DNA of 51,635 bases from Octopus bimaculoides (lineage: Eukaryota). The notes below the pieces were generated by a model. It worked only from the letters and a program-made list of their open reading frames with translations, did not search any database and was not told the DNA's origin. Of the stretch, positions 25,807-39,260 are shown piece by piece (position 1 is the stretch's first letter; each line of letters begins with the position of its first letter). The stretch lies in NCBI RefSeq assembly GCF_001194135.2, contig NC_068994.1, positions 42,509,995 to 42,561,629 of the forward strand, given 5' to 3'. Both the position numbers and the translations under genes were made by a program.

Positions 25807-26136
25807 CAGGCCTGACCAACTAGAATTACATTGGGTGCCACTTTAATCACTGAAAGATTTTGAGGGATGCTTGTATACTGACAGAAATGAAAGCATTTTG
25901 CTTTCTCATGCTATTATTACAATAATGAATGATTGATCATTGATTTAACATGAAATATTATCGTTGCAAAAACAGTAGTATCTTTCTGTTTTACTTTTCA
26001 TTACAATCTTTAATATTTGATAAAATTTTTAAAATGTTTGTTTAAATAAACCCATTTCAAGAAAGTATCAAGCGAACTGCAAGATAAAAGTCTGTGAGTC
26101 GCATGCAGCCCATGGGCCTCAGGCTGGCCAGCCCTG
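25807..26136. mobile_element. hAT (Charlie-like) MITE, 330 bp
   Basis: TIRs CAGGCCTGACCAAC / CAGGGCTGGCCAGC (11/14 match) and an 8-bp TSD TTCTAGAC (25799-25806) / TTCTAAAC (26137-26144), matching the NTCTAGAN target consensus. Confidence 0.8.
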
Positions 26137-26149
26137 TTCTAAACTATAA

Positions 26150-26345
26150 CATATTTTGGCTCAAGGCCAGCAGCTTCAGGGGATGCGTGGGTAAATGAAT
26201 TACATCGACCGCAATGCTCAACTCGTCCTTATTTTTATTGACCATGAAAGGATAAAAGGTAAAGTGGACCTCAGTGCAATTTGAACTCAGAACTTAAAGA
26301 CAGATGAAATATCACTAAGCATCTTGCTTGGCATACCAGCTTGCT
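26150..26345 (-). mobile_element. SINE family B; related copies at 41385-41580 (-), 37470-37640 (+) and 4200-4340 (-)
   Basis: Shared core cttatttt(a)t(c)gac...gaaaggat(g)aaaggtaaagt.gacct....atttgaactcagaac. Confidence 0.65.
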
Positions 26346-26716
26346 GCTTTATGTTGATGTAAATACTAAAAAAACATTTCATCTCTAATAATAACCTGGA
26401 ATATTATAATTGTATTAACACTAATTAATCTTAGCTATTTAAATATTAATTAGTTAAATAATTGTTAATATATGTAATGTAAGTAGCATCAACAAGCTAA
26501 CTAGATCTCATTTTCACTTTAGATGCAGGTGTAGTTAGGCATAGGTGTGACTTGGTGCGGGTGTGGCTGTGTGTTAAAAATTTTGATTCCAGACCACAAT
26601 GGTGATGGGTTCAGTCCCACTGCATGGTACCTTGGATAAATCTCTTCTCCTATGGCCTAGGACCAACCAAAACCTTGTAATTTGATTCAGTAGAGAGAAA
26701 CTGAAAGAAGCCTAGC

Positions 26717-26752
<36 letters not shown>

Positions 26753-26779
26753 ATGTAAGTGTGTGTGTGTGTGTGCGCT

Positions 26780-27055
26780 CTCATCATTATGCAAGCAATG
26801 TCGTCCCTCATTTGAAATCTCCTGTGAAAACAAGTCTGGTTTTAGTGAATATTACCATCCTTGGAAACAGGTGAGGCTTGGCAATAGGTCAGGAATCTGG
26901 CCCAAGAAAATACACCTCAACAAGTTCTGTCCAACTCATGCAAGCATGAAGTGGATGCTAAACACCGCTGCTAACATTACTGCCACCGTTGCTGTTACCA
27001 TTGCTACCACCACCGACAGCAATGATGATGACAACAATGACAACGACGATTGCTT
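26780..27055 (+). mobile_element. Second RTE-like 3'-end family; related copies near 32020-32220 (-), 37800-38070 (+) and 51360-51635 (-)
   Basis: Shared motifs cctcaacaagttctgtccaactcatgcaagcatg(g)aa and ggttggtgacaggaagagcatc, with GAT-type tails. Confidence 0.55.
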
Positions 27056-28439
27056 TGTTAAATATATTAGCACAAACTAAACTTAAATTTTTTTCTTTTT
27101 TTTTTTCGGTTTTTCATGTAGATGGAATCAATGAATAAATTGTCTTCTGAACATAAATACAAGAATATTATTATTTTGTGTGATGCTCAGCTGTCTCAGC
27201 CCCCTGCCCTGATTTTATCAAGACATTGATAATTATGCTAAAAAAAACAAACAATTATAATGGGACAATCACATTCAAAAAAGATAACGAATAAAATTAC
27301 AATAGCATGTGCTTCTGTGTATGTATGTATGTGAGCAGCCATTCCCATATATGTGCATATGTGTATTTCTGTAGGTGTGTTTGTGTGTGTATGTGTATAT
27401 AATTATTTCAAAAAGGAAAAATTAAAAAAAAATGATCTTTGCCAAAACACAACAATATATATCTCAAGATTCAAATTTAGATCAAATCTCTTACCCAACA
27501 CATTTAATGGATTGAAAGTATTTGTAAAGAAAACAACAAATGTGATATATATATACATACAGATATACATGTACACAACACATACATGCACAAACATGTA
27601 TATGTATATATGTATATATATATATATGTATGTGCATATATATATGTATAACTGTATTCGTATATATACACATATACATGTATCTCTCTCTGTATCTATC
27701 TATCTATCTATCAATCTATTTATCTATCTATCTATCTATATAATATATATATANNNNNNNNNNNNNNNNNNNNNNNNNNNNNNNNNNNNNNNNNNNNNNN
27801 NNNNNNNNNNNNNNNNNNNNNNNNNNNNNNNNNNNNNNNNNNNNNNNNNNNNNNNNNNNNNNNNNNNNNNNNNNNNNNNNNNNNNNNNNNNNNNNNNNNN
27901 NNNNNNNNNNNNNNNNNNNNNNNNNNNNNNNNNNNNNNNNNNNNNNNNNNNNNNNNNNNNNNNNNNNNNNNNNNNNNNNNNNNNNNNNNNNNNNNNNNNN
28001 NNNNNNNNNNNNNNNNNNNNNNNNNNNNNNNNNNNNNNNNNNNNNNNNNNNNNNNNNNNNNNNNNNNNNNNNNNNNNNNNNNNNNNNNNNNNNNNNNNNN
28101 NNNNNNNNNNNNNNNNNNNNNNNNNNNNNNNNNNNNNNNNNNNNNNNNNNNNNNNNNNNNNNNNNNNNNNNNNNNNNNNNNNNNNNNNNNNNNNNNNNNN
28201 NNNNNNNNNNNNNNNNNNNNNNNNNNNNNNNNNNNNNNNNNNNNNNNNNNNNNNNNNNNNNNNNNNNNNNNNNNNNNNNNNNNNNNNNNNNNNNNNNNNN
28301 NNNNNNNNNNNNNNNNNNNNNNNNNNNNNNNNNNNNNNNNNNNNNNNNNNNNNNNNNNNNNNNNNNNNNNNNNNNNNNNNNNNNNNNNNNNNNNNNNNNN
28401 NNNNNNNNNNNNNNNNNNNNNNNNNNNNNNNNNNNNNNN

Positions 28440-28475
<36 letters not shown>

Positions 28476-28724
28476 TACAATAATTTTATGATTTATTATT
28501 TTTATGCTTATCAAATCTTTCCAGTTTTCTCTGCTGTCTTGCACATTCTTTGAGTCACTTTTCAAATCTTCCACACTCCAAACCAACATCTTACTGACTC
28601 ATACTTTGGACTGTCGCAGCGTGAGCGTTCTTGTCACAACTGTTGTTTGAAATTCACTGTGAAATTATGCTAACACTGTTTTCAGTTTTCAATCAAGTAA
28701 TGAATTGAACAATTACTGAAGCAT

Positions 28725-28757
<33 letters not shown>

Positions 28758-29305
28758 CGCCATGAAAATTCGTGAATGGTCATTTCAATAAGGTAATGGA
28801 CATCCAGCTGAGTGTTTCTAATTCATATCCTGTCACGGAAGCTATTTTGTGTCCAAGTTCTCAATGACACTTATAGTTGATGAACTTTCCAAGTTCATCT
28901 TGCTCCAAGCATAAACCGCATCATAATTATTGTAAAATTGATGAGATTGATGAGTGATTCAACGGTTTGCATTGCTGACTTGAATTCAATTCAATTACTT
29001 ACTACTTGTAAAATTAAGTCACTACAGCACTGAATATCTTCTTTATGTAGGTGTCGCTAATGGTATATTTCACCACTATGAACAGATGCACACAAACAAA
29101 CACTCACACACACATGTATATAAACATATATATTTTTCTATATAATCATATGTGTATATATATATTCAAAAGAAGGTCTATAGGGTATAGCAGGACTGAA
29201 CCCAGAAACCCATGATTGCTAAACAAGCTTCTTAACCATGCAGTTGTGTCTGCACCTTTAAAAACATATAAGAGTTGTCTGTTTGTGTGGCTGTGTGCAT
29301 GCATA

Positions 29306-29392
<87 letters not shown>

Positions 29393-29395
<3 letters not shown>

Positions 29396-29648
29396 GCGGG
29401 TGGCACATAAAATACACCATTTTGAGCATGGCCATTGCCAGTACCTCCTGACTGGCCTTTGTGCTTGCTGGTGGCACGTAAAAGCACCCACTACACTCTC
29501 GGAGTGGTTGGCGTTAGGAAGGGCATCCAGCTGTAGAAACTCTGCCAAATCAGATTGGAGCCTGGTGTAGCCATCTGGTTCACCAGTCCTCAGTCAAATC
29601 GTCCAACCTATGCTTGCATGGAAAGCAGACGTTAAACGACGATGATGA
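29393..29648 (+). mobile_element. RTE-type 3'-end repeat inserted in (TA)n
   Basis: Close match to 2820-3076, ending gttaaacgacgatgatgat, with (TA)n on both sides. Confidence 0.85.
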
Positions 29649-29789
29649 TATATATATATGTACACATTTATATAAATTCATATGTATATTATACACACAC
29701 ATACATATATGTACATAGATGTATATGTATGTGTGTGTGTAAAATATACATATACACACACATACATCTATATACGTATATATATATGC

Positions 29790-29830
<41 letters not shown>

Positions 29831-30426
29831 GATAGATAGATAAAACCTATAAAAATATACAAAAACAATGGTGACATTAAAATGAAACTATCTATGGTGA
29901 CATATTAATGTTATGATGTTTTCCCTTCACTATTACTGAATAAGAAAATTCCTTCCTTATATATAATTACTAATGTCGCTAATGAGGCTTGTAGTGTAAA
30001 ACTGTAGACTTCTATTCTCCATCTCAACATTGTTATATTTTCATTATATTAGATAGAAAAAATAAATAAATATATAATGCAACAGAATAGCATAATATAT
30101 CCATTGGGCATGTCTTCATCATGTTATATTTTGTATATAATGATAAAAATCTATGTTTAGAAAGCAAGAGAGTGAGAAAGACGAAAAGAATAAGGAATAC
30201 AAACTAATATTACTAAATAATGAAAGATAAGATAAAAGAATAAATGTTCCAGTAATATAATGATGACCACCTTGTGAGAAATAGATCCGTGAATGACTCA
30301 TGATGATGATGATGATGATAACAACAACAACAACAATAACAACAATAAGGTTAATAAACAATAATATAGATCTTGTTATATCTGACAAATGTGGTTTTAC
30401 TCTCATGAGGCAGCAATAGAAAAGCA

Positions 30427-30464
<38 letters not shown>

Positions 30465-31108
30465 TGACGGCAATGATGATGATGGTGGTGGTGGTGATGG
30501 TGATGATGATAAATGCATAAGTAGATAAATAAATAAAGATAAAAAACACAAAGCTTAATAATAATAATAATAATAATAGTAATAATAATAATAATTGTGA
30601 GGATGTAAGAGAACATTTGATGGAAGCAAGCAAGAAAAAAAAAAGATGACAAAAGGATCCGTAATAACAAGATGCTTGTTTGTGTACAAATAATAGGGAG
30701 AGAAAATTTAATAAAGTATTTATATAAGAAAAATAAAGGAGATATTATATTTATGATAAGTAAAAAGATGTGCATGTTGACATAAATGGATGTATTAGAA
30801 AATAGTTCCCCACCACCATCCTCCACCAGAGTGGAAAAAAAAGAAAAGAACTTGATAGACTATGTTTTTATGGCAATTACAAACACAATGCCTAATAAAT
30901 ATATATATATGAAATATTTTGTATATATTTATTGTACATATATGCATATATATACTGAGTATATTAAATATGTGTGTATACCAATATATAGAGATATATA
31001 TGTGTGTATACATATGCACACAGAAACATATATATATATAAATAGATATATATGTGTGAGTGTGTGTATATATAAAATGTATCCCTCTTTCTCTCTCCTC
31101 TCTCTCTC

Positions 31109-31172
<64 letters not shown>

Positions 31173-32820
31173 TATATATAGAGAGAGAGATAGAGAGAGA
31201 GTGATAGATAGATAGACAGACAAACAGACAGACAGATAGATAGATAGATATAGAAGGAGTTTTTGAAAAGAAAGAGATGCTACAACAAACTCTCTAGGAC
31301 TATGCTAAATATTTTGCTGAATAAATACATGTTCCCTTCCCCCTCTCCACCTCCCTCCCCTCTCCATCTCCCCCCTCTCTTATATATAAACATACACATA
31401 CATGCGCATAAACAAACATATACACCTTTACACAAAAATACAAGAAGGGTGCATTTACATGGTAGTTCGACATGCAAGAAAATGCAGCTAAACCTTCTCT
31501 TGAAGGATATTGACTGATTTTATTCTCAGGCACCTCTGAAACAGAGCATCATGGCTGAGAGTATTTATGTCCATGTGTTGACTCGCTGAACAATGACCAC
31601 CAACATACCAACAGCAAATCGGTCTTCATTAAAGTAATGGAGCAAGTTTATTATTCATTTCAGGGTTGACGTTTTCCATTAAGAAAAGCAAATTTTTATC
31701 ATGTACTAAGAAAGGAAAGTTTCTTTCACTTCATGTTAAAGGTTTTAGATCCAGCTGCATCAAAGGAAACCAAAGAAAAAATTTAATTAACCATCCCATT
31801 AATTCCATACATAGAAAAAGCCCTTAAAATTTGTAAAGACAGTTAATAACCAGAAAAAACTGGGTCTGACTGGAGAAGAAAAACCCTCTCAACATTTGAA
31901 GAGATAAAAGCAGTCTCACAAAAATCATCTTTAACTGCAAGAAACAAGAAACAGACCCATCCCTCCTTATTAAGGAACTTTAATCACCACTGTTACATTT
32001 TTTTACATTCACTTTTCCATATTCACATGGTTGAACAGAACTTGTTGAGGTGGACTTGTTATGGTCCGATGCTCTTCCTGTCACCAACCCTCGACTGTTT
32101 TCCTGTATGGTAATGTTTCCTTGATGACCAGATGTGTCTGAGACGATTGAAAATGAAGGATACTGCTTGCATGATGGTGGGACTCACTTATAACTATCAT
32201 GTGATGCCAAACCTAGAGGACAGTAACATACAAGCAAACACATACACCACACATACACACACACACACACAAACACACATATATAAACACTCATACATTC
32301 ACATACACACACATGCACGTGCACACACACACACACACACACAAACACATTCACACACACGACATGTTTCTCTGGATTTCTGATAACCAAATCCACTCAA
32401 CAAGGCCTTGGTTGGCCTGAGCTATAGCAGAAGACACTTTTCCAAGATGCTACATAGTGGGACTGAGACCAAGCAACGAGGTTGGGAACGAAATTCCCTA
32501 CAAACAGCCATGACAGCTCCCATACTCATGCTTTCTAAAGTGATAGAAAAATAGATCCAGAAATATCCATTCACTTATTCATTCATTCATTGTCTGTTTT
32601 TTTTCATGGTAGCATAGGTAGGAGATAACTTATAAATAGTTTCTGTTTAATAATACCATTCACAAGGCTGGTAGGAAAAAACTCCTCAAGATACCATGCA
32701 GTGAAACTGAACTCCAAACTATGTGATTGCAAAGCAAATTTCTTAACCTAGCCATGTCTGTGCCTATAATATCTATCTATCTATCTATCAATATATCTAT
32801 GTGTGTGTGTGTGTTTGTAT

Positions 32821-32875
<55 letters not shown>

Positions 32876-33339
32876 NNNNNNNNNNNNNNNNNNNNNNNNN
32901 NNNNNNNNNNNNNNNNNNNNNNNNNNNNNNNNNNNNNNNNNNNNNNNNNNNNNNNNNNNNNNNNNNNNNNNNNNNNNNNNNNNNNNNNNNNNNNNNNNNN
33001 NNNNNNNNNNNNNNNNNNNNNNNNNNNNNNNNNNNNNNNNNNNNNNNNNNNNNNNNNNNNNNNNNNNNNNNNNNNNNNNNNNNNNNNNNNNNNNNNNNNN
33101 NNNNGTATGTATATAAATATACACATACACATGTGTGCACGCATGCACACACATACATACATACATAAGTAATTAAAAGGTCAATTTACATTTTTATTTC
33201 TTACTTCAATATTTATAATTACATTTTCACAATAAATGTAATTACATTTTTCCATATATTTAATAAAATTTTCTTTAATGTGGTCTTGTTTAGATTAAAT
33301 CTAATTCAATATGGTCTTCAAAAATATAAAAAAAAGGAG

Positions 33340-33565
33340 GTTCCCACCCATTCTCTAGATGTGAACCCAGTTGAAAATTTTATGGCAAGTCATTAAATTA
33401 AAGCCGCATTTAAGAACATTCAGAAGCAAGGAATTTTATTTGCAGCAATTCAGGGAGAAGAATGGTATAAATTTGGGGCCAATTTTATTATGAAAGCTTG
33501 CTAACATTATGATTAAAAAGATTAGAGATGTACAAGATAATCGTGTTAGAGGCATTAATTATTAA
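33340..33565 (+). mobile_element. Tc1/mariner transposase C-terminal remnant
   Basis: Frameshifted HSLDVNPVEN.WQVIK resembles SPDLNPIENLW. FAAIQ.EEW and MIKKIRDVQDNR.RGINY* resemble MP.RI.AVI...GG..KY*. Confidence 0.6.
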
Positions 33566-34490
33566 AGTTTAATTATGAATAAATATAAATTTGAATTTTT
33601 AAATAGTATGAATGCAGTAAATGATGTAATTTCAACAAAAATGTATCTTCATATTTGAATAAAAATTGTTTTCCGAGTGTTTAATTTTTAATATGTAAAT
33701 ATCATGTATATATAATGTATGTTCAAGTGTGCATGCATGTGTATACAATACAAAGGCTATCTGATTGATCAGCAAGCGTTCACTCATCAGTGAATATTTT
33801 AACCTCCAACCCACTAACAGCCTGCATGCTGTGTCATGTCTCTGCCTCTTCTATTGTTCCTACAATGACTCCCACTTTTTTTTACAAGCAAGACTGCATA
33901 TCATCCAATGAACTTACTTCACTTTCTTGTGATATTTTTACGGTATTTATCTGCCAGATTTCATAGAAAAATACTGCAATCCTTGCTTCATTCCTAGAAT
34001 TGCAAGCCTCTGAAAGATCACCTCCTTTGTCACTGTTACCTTATATTCATCAGTGTGTCCACCAATAACTCGTTAGTAGATTTTAGTAAAATGCAAACTG
34101 CGTGGATGTCATTTACATGTATTACTACTAACCCTTACTGGCTTTCATGGTTTGTTAATTATAAAAAACAACAAAACCTCTCACAAATGATGTTCAAATA
34201 TCAATTATATTGACTTCAAAAATCTGGGCCTAAGTAATAAAGTATACATGGACAATCACAAATACATCATATGTCACACACACACATATATATATAAATA
34301 TACCATAAAATATATTATGTATGTACATATAAGAATATATATATGTGCATGAATATATGTACATACACACACACATTCACACACACATAAACATATACAC
34401 ACACATATGCATATATATATATATATANNNNNNNNNNNNNNNNNNNNNNNNNNNNNNNNNNNNNNNNNNNNNNNNNNNNNNNNNNNNNNN

Positions 34491-34829
34491 TATTCTTATT
34501 CTAGCAGCTACACTTTCAGCGCACCCACCCCCACTACTAACTTGGTCGCCCAGATAGCGGAAGCTATCGACTACCTCTAGTTTTTCACCCTGGAATGAGA
34601 TAGAAGTTGTTTCCTGTTTGTTTGCAGTCTTTATTGCACCTGAACATCTGCCACAAACAAAAACTAACTTGCTAGTTAACCTGCCTTTGATGTTGCTGCA
34701 CCTCTTATGTGTCCATAGCTTGCACCGGGTACATCTTATAGAGTTACTACCTACTCCTTTTCTACATACTGAGCAGGGCCATCTACCTGAAGGGGTTTGT
34801 GTTTTATCTACCTTCCTACTTATTAGGAT
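34491..34829 (-). mobile_element. RTE-clade LINE fragment, post-RT Cys/His-rich (PHD-like) region, uninterrupted reading frame, runs into a gap
   Basis: 113 codons without a stop: ...SGRWPCSVCRKGVGSNSIRCTRCKLWTHKRCS...FVCGRC...EKLEVVDSFRYLGDQVSSGGGCAESVAARIRI. The track missed it because it has no Met. Confidence 0.85.
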
Positions 34830-35379
34830 ATATATATATACTTATAAATACATATATATATACAAGTATGTATGCATATTGTAATATGAGTGAGGACAGA
34901 ATTGATTATTTTCATGTAAAAATCTTTTGCTTCTTCGTTAATTTTACAAGTTTGTTATCAGAGTTACAAGTATCCAATGTCAATTTCATTCATTTAATGT
35001 TTTGCAATAATTGATATGCAAATATTAGCTTATTGAAATCTTTTGTCTGAAATTAAACAGAAATTCCTCTCAAAATTAATAAGATTTTCAAGAATGTGTG
35101 CAGTATTTGAGAATTTCGAAGAAAAATATTAAAGATAATCAAATAGACTCTGGCTTAGCATTATAGGTGAAGGCATAGCTGTGAGCATAAGAAGCTTACT
35201 TCACAACCACATGGTCTTGGATTCAGACCTACAGAGTAGCATCTTGAGAAAGTGACTTCTACTATAGCTCCAGACCAACCAAAGAATTGTGGGCGAATGT
35301 GATTTGGTAGATTGAAACTTGAGCTGTTTGATATATATATTTACACACACACACACACAGAAGAAAGATGCATGGAAAT

Positions 35380-36360
35380 ACCACCATGAAAGATTGCTAA
35401 ATGTGAAGAATGCATGGGAGAAGGAGAATCTTTCAAACATAGAATCAACTGAGGGACCAGCCATCAGAGTTAGCAGCAGAATGATAGATTAGGCAATCAA
35501 GGATATGAAGACAAGGAAAGCTCCTGGACCATCAAGAATCATTGCTGATACACTTAAAATACCTTGTGGAGTAGGAAACAGCCTAATCACTTGTATAGTT
35601 AATCAGGCAATCCAGGAAGGTGTCATCTTCAATGACTGGAATATATTAGCTGTTACAAGAGTAAATGTGATGCTTTGGATAGAAACAACTACAGAGGTAT
35701 CAAACTGATGGACTAGGTCATGAAAGTTACAGAGAGAGTTATAGCACAACTGATTGGGAATAGAGTTAAACAAGATGAGATGCAGTTTGGTTTTGTGCTT
35801 GGGAAGAGTACCACAGATGCCATCTTACTAGTAAGACAGCTGTAGGAGAAGTATCTGATCAAAAGCAAACCATTGTATTTGGCTTTCATTGACCTGGAGA
35901 AAACTTTTGCCAGAGTCCCTTGCTCAGTTATTTGGTGGTCTCTAAGGAAGGTTGGGAATAGATGAGTGGCTTCTTAGAGCGGTACAAGCTATGTATAGTG
36001 ATGCTGTTACTAAGGTGAGAGTCAGCCACGAGTAGAGTGATGAATATAGTGGACAAGTAGAGGCTCGCCAGGCTTCAGTTCTCAGTCCACTTTTATTCAC
36101 CACAATCCTCCAGGACATAACAGAGGAATTTAAATATGACTGCCCTTTTGAACTACTATATGCTGATGACATCGCTCTTATAGCAGAATTAGAGGAAAAA
36201 ATTCCTGGTGTGGAGACAAAACCTGGAATCAAAGGGCTTTAAAGTTAGCCTAATGAAGACCAAAGTTTGTATTAACCAGAAAGGAGATTAAATTGTTTCC
36301 ATCGGGTAAACAGCCCTATTCAATATGTAGAAGAGGTATTGAAAGAAGTTCCAGTTAAAT
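35380..36360 (+). mobile_element. RTE-clade LINE reverse transcriptase fragment, degenerate
   Basis: KAPGPS, NYRGIKLM, QFGFV.GKSTTDAI, AFIDLEK.F.RVP, QASVLSPLLF and LLYADDIAL motifs, with in-frame stops and frameshifts. Confidence 0.92.
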
Positions 36361-36425
36361 TCTATTTTGCAAACTGAATACACACCAGATTTACTTTAAG
36401 TACAATTTCATCTACCAATCACATT

Positions 36426-36736
36426 TGTGTTGTGTGGACGCCCCCAGACAATATGTAGGCTAGTCCAATACATATTAATAGTGGATGTGATAGCTAGTTG
36501 AGAAGCGTCGAGTAGAGCGAGCCAGAGCCATTGGTAGTCTAGACGTCGAGTTCTGTTGAGTCGAGTCATCAGAAGTGAGAGTTTGATAGTTGAGTAGAGG
36601 TACACTTTTGGCGAAGGCACGCAAAGCGGAACGTGCAATATAACAATTTGTGAACTTACAAACTTCTGCATTATCCTTAAATCACGAGAACTGCATTTTA
36701 TTGGAGGTTCCAAAATATTCCAAACAAAGAAATACT
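36426..36736. mobile_element. Candidate solo LTR (311 bp)
   Basis: CpG-rich island starting TGT and flanked by the 5-bp direct repeat ACATT (36421-36425 and 36737-36741). The right end is ACT rather than the canonical ACA. Confidence 0.45.
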
Positions 36737-37273
36737 ACATTCTACAATCTTCCGGTACCAATTTAAAAAACTTATTCACTAACTTTTGTCCATATTTAGT
36801 CTGCTCAGATTTCGAATTTCTTCTAATATTAATGCTATATTTACAATGTAATACTGTTGTGCTAATTATGGGATTTATTATACAGTTCTTGTGGTTAAAA
36901 TGTTGGTAATTCAGTGAGTAAAATTTCAGTAGCTAAGTAAATTGGCTATTAAATATGTACATATACACAAAAGTATATACATACATACACACATGCATGC
37001 ATACATACATACATATGTACATACATACATACATGGATAGAAAGATAGATAGATAGATAGACAGACAGACAGGCAGACCAACAGAAAGAGCAACAGACAG
37101 ACATATAGATAAATAGATATATAAATAGATAGTTAGATATGGTTGTGTAGCTGAGGACCTTACTTCTTGGTCAGGTGTTGTTTGGTTCAGTCCTATTGTC
37201 CAGCTCTTTGACCAATTGTCTTCTACATTAGGTTTAGGCTAACCAAATCCTTGTGAATGAGTGTATATACATA

Positions 37274-37376
<103 letters not shown>

Positions 37377-37399
37377 GTTTATAAACATCATACACACAC

Positions 37400-37442
<43 letters not shown>

Positions 37443-37753
37443 GGCAACCTTACAGAATTGTTATCACATTGGACAAAATGTTAAGTGGCACTTCTTCAAG
37501 CGCTTTATGCTCTGAGTCCAAATCCCACCAGGGTCAACTTTACCTTCCATCCCTTCAGACTCCATAAAATAAAGTACCAGTCAAGTACTGAGGTTGCAGT
37601 AATCAGCTTGACCCCTCTGTCCAAAAGTTGCTTACCTTAAACCCATCAATGAACCAGCATCCCATTCAGGAGGAATGTTGTGATCTCGGTGTGATCTTGG
37701 TTGCCATGGAAACCAGTAACTGGCCCCATGAGTCCTAGGCTCAATAATATGAC

Positions 37754-37789
<36 letters not shown>

Positions 37790-38320
37790 TGCGTGCGTGT
37801 GCGTGTGTTTATGTGTGTTTGTGTGTAGCCTTAGATCGACACAGTGTGATGGCAGTAAAGGAGCATCACTGCCAAACAGATGTTATAGTTCATTTCCAGT
37901 CTTCCATGAAAAACATGCCTGGCCATGGGTAAGTTTTACCTTGCTTGAAAACAGATGAGGGTAAGCAACAGAAGCATCCAACTGTGAAAAATCTGCCTCA
38001 GAGAAATTCCATCTGACTCATGCAAGCATGGAAAAGTTGTTGCTAAATGATGATGATTATGACAATGATATATATATATTAAACAATTCAGTGAATTCTC
38101 TTGTGAGAGATACCCCTTGGCTATAAGCTTGTAGAATCATTTTATACCTCACTCATATAAAACATACGTTTAAAGTATTGTGCTTGTTTGTTATTGTGTG
38201 TGTTATGCATTGAGTTATGATATATATATGTGAGCATGCATAATATATTTAAATATCATTTTGCTATCTAATTACCTGATAATAATTGTAGTTGATCCAT
38301 GGATTAACTTAACTCCATAC

Positions 38321-38465
38321 CCGGAAGTTCTTCATACTGCCCTGTGTATCTTTCACTCCAAATATGTCCACTGCTCTTGTGAGATGACATTGTGTCACAG
38401 GAGAAAAATGCATTTTCGTCTAGCCTTCTACCATCAGATGTCATAGCAACCTGTTGACTATATAT
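38321..38465 (-). CDS. PCDH: Protocadherin cytoplasmic-tail exon 2 (145 nt, phase 0 to phase 1)
   Basis: Acceptor (T)12CAATAG|ATA, donor CCGG|GTATGG. The exon is open in the phase required by the upstream donor: IYSQQVAMTSDGRRLDENAFFSCDTMSSHKSSGHIWSERYTGQYEELP. From memory this resembles octopus protocadherin tails (VAMTS...WSE..TGQYEELP); no search was run. Confidence 0.85.
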
Positions 38466-38589
38466 CTATTGAAAAAAAAAAAATTACATTTCAAAGTATA
38501 TAATAATGTAAACCACAATGGTAGCAGAAATAATTAGAATAATTGAAGTTCAAATCCTATATATATAACTATATATTAGTGATTCTAAA

Positions 38590-39260
38590 GCTTTTATAAA
38601 TTGCAATGTTGTTCAGAAAATTTGGCAAATTTATCCTTTAAACAAATCAGGCAGCAGTCGATAGAGATAAATAGAGATTTTGCTTCAGTGCACCTAATTT
38701 TCAATGTGTCTAAATCTGGAATGCATAAAAATAACAATGTGTAAAGTTTTGCCAAAAAGACAATAGTGAATACAAGCGAAAATGTACAAATCTGTTGAAG
38801 CATGTGTAATAGGTGAAAACCCCCAATGAAAAGTGTCGTACAGAATGTGAGCTAGCATCAGTAACTCTCTTCTGCAGTCTCTGGTCGATTGCTTTTACCA
38901 GAGAGATATTGCCGAATTATATTTCAAGGTTCCATGGATATTTGTTCCAGCAGACTAAACAACAGATTGAAATTGAGAGAGAATCGTTGAATTAATTACT
39001 TCTTAGCTGAGAATAAGACAATTGACATTTTTAGTAGAAGTAACTAACATGTGTGAGAAGCTACAGAAGAAGAAAGGAAAAATGACACAAAACCTTTCAG
39101 CAAAGCATAAATCAGAGAAACATACATGACTCAATGAATGTAAAAAGAACATTTGTGATGCCTGTAAGACAAAAACACTCCAGAGATCTTTCTTTGGAAA
39201 TTAAACTTTAGTCTTTTATATAACTTAATGAAATGTTCAAACTACAAAAGAATCGACCAA
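38590..39260 (+). mobile_element. hAT (Tip100-like) transposase C-terminal remnant, highly degenerate
   Basis: QSIEINRDF..VHLI, ERYCRIIF..SMDICSSRLNNRL, and a frameshifted MPV....QRSF..KLN resembling the hATC dimerisation motif. Confidence 0.4.

Noticed and set aside
28990-29030. 27-nt minus-strand micro-exon candidate (CCSDLILQV) with GTAAGT donor
   Set aside because: Purine-rich acceptor, and phase 0 is incompatible with the phase-1 end of exon 2.
30119-30826. 235-aa minus-strand ORF with poly-I/H/Y runs
   Set aside because: Translation of (AAT)n/(GAT)n/(GGT)n trinucleotide repeats.
31740-31985. IPLIPYIEK segment suggesting a Penelope-like remnant, and two minus-strand acceptors as alternative terminal exons
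   Set aside because: Too little motif evidence for either reading.
33918-34010. Possible minus-strand exon ending GAA|GTAAGT (..INTVKISQESE)
   Set aside because: The donor is good but the acceptors are mediocre, and the peptide has no similarity to anything I recognise. It cannot be distinguished from chance.
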